The position numbers and the translations under genes were made by a program. 63,261 nucleotides of DNA, taken from an uncultured Candidatus Saccharibacteria bacterium. Its GTDB lineage: Bacteria; Patescibacteriota; Minisyncoccia; Phycocordibacterales; Phycocordibacteraceae. Where the stretch lies: the NCBI GenBank assembly GCA_964550425.1, contig CAZJZB010000004.1, positions 1 to 63,261 on the forward strand, read 5' to 3'. Below the pieces are notes generated by a model. That model was not told the DNA's origin, did no database searches, and saw nothing but the letters and a program-made list of their open reading frames with translations. Shown one piece after another: positions 62,846 to 63,261 of this stretch. Position 1 is the stretch's first letter, and each line of letters opens with the position of its first letter.

Positions 62846-63199
62846 ATGCGTTATATACTCTTTTTGTATACGAATATGAATAAAACCTACCAAATTTTTC
62901 TAAACTCAATTCCGGTCTTGCTGATGATTGGGTTGATATCATTCGTACCGGACGATTATGTTCTTACTCTTCTGTACGTTGTTATTATCGCCGTCGCGTT
63001 TGCTTTAAGGCGAGACCCGAATGAGTTGCTTGTCTTTGTATTTGGATTTGTGGTGATGATCGTTTCTGAATATTTGTTTATCAGTACCGGCGTTGAAACA
63101 TTCAATAGAAATAGCTTATTTGGACTCATGCCGCTTTGGCTCCCATTTTTATGGGGATACGGGTTTGTGGCTATAAAACGCTCTGTCGAAATACTATAA
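62846..63199 (+). CDS. hypothetical polytopic membrane protein
   Basis: 117-aa ORF with 3-4 hydrophobic helices. The start may instead be MNKTYQ at 62876. Confidence 0.45.
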   Translation: MRYILFLYTNMNKTYQIFLNSIPVLLMIGLISFVPDDYVLTLLYVVIIAVAFALRRDPNELLVFVFGFVVMIVSEYLFISTGVETFNRNSLFGLMPLWLPFLWGYGFVAIKRSVEIL

Positions 63200-63217
63200 C
63201 TCTAGCGTTTGTTTTTG

Positions 63218-63261
63218 TCGGGCCGCCGGGAATCGAACCCGGTCTACACGCACCCGAAGCG
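63218..63261 (-). tRNA. tRNA-Arg (probable anticodon TCG), 3' part only, truncated by the window end
   Basis: The reverse complement shows the T-arm CCGGG TTCGATT CCCGG, the 3' acceptor CGGCCCG plus A, and the anticodon loop CTTCGGG at the window edge. Confidence 0.6.

Overview
The window looks like a gene-dense chromosomal segment from a small-genome, CPR/Patescibacteria-like (Parcubacteria-type) bacterium. That assignment is an inference from gene content: a short IF-2, an array of T4SS-type pilin paralogs, free-standing homing endonucleases next to tRNAs, and many small membrane proteins. Housekeeping genes I recognise are murI, rbfA-infB, a class V cysteine desulfurase-like gene, clpB, rpmG (absent from the ORF track), miaA, a 2-Cys peroxiredoxin, parB, relA/spoT, topA, dprA, serS, an ftsQ-like gene, dus, dnaX, an FKBP-type PPIase, tgt, uvrB-uvrA-uvrC, ddl and a NUDIX hydrolase. 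By hand-folding I find nine tRNA genes, one truncated by the window end, plus a disrupted duplicate of the tRNA-Gln 5' half. There is no rRNA and no CRISPR array. The accessory content falls into five groups. (1) An operon at 0.8-5.0 kb holds a methyltransferase, a membrane-anchored solute-binding-like protein and six tandem pilin-like paralogs. (2) Three homing-endonuclease genes abut or overlap tRNA genes. (3) An AT-rich block lies 3' of tRNA-Gln and contains a holin/endolysin-like pair and a 7x48-aa Cys4-repeat secreted protein. (4) A redox/copper island at 35.8-45.2 kb contains two DsbA paralogs, a membrane CxxC protein, a His-motif protein, a CopB-type ATPase, DUF302, a multicopper oxidase and a ZIP transporter. 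(5) A VirD4/TraG-like ATPase is coupled to an 862-aa transmembrane coiled-coil protein. The least expected signal is a set of short hairpin or palindromic DNA elements that are read through in frame inside conserved housekeeping genes (the cysteine desulfurase-like gene, dus, uvrB, uvrA). One family keeps an identical 29-nt loop while its stems differ by compensatory changes. All calls come from reading the sequence and translations by eye. No database search was run.
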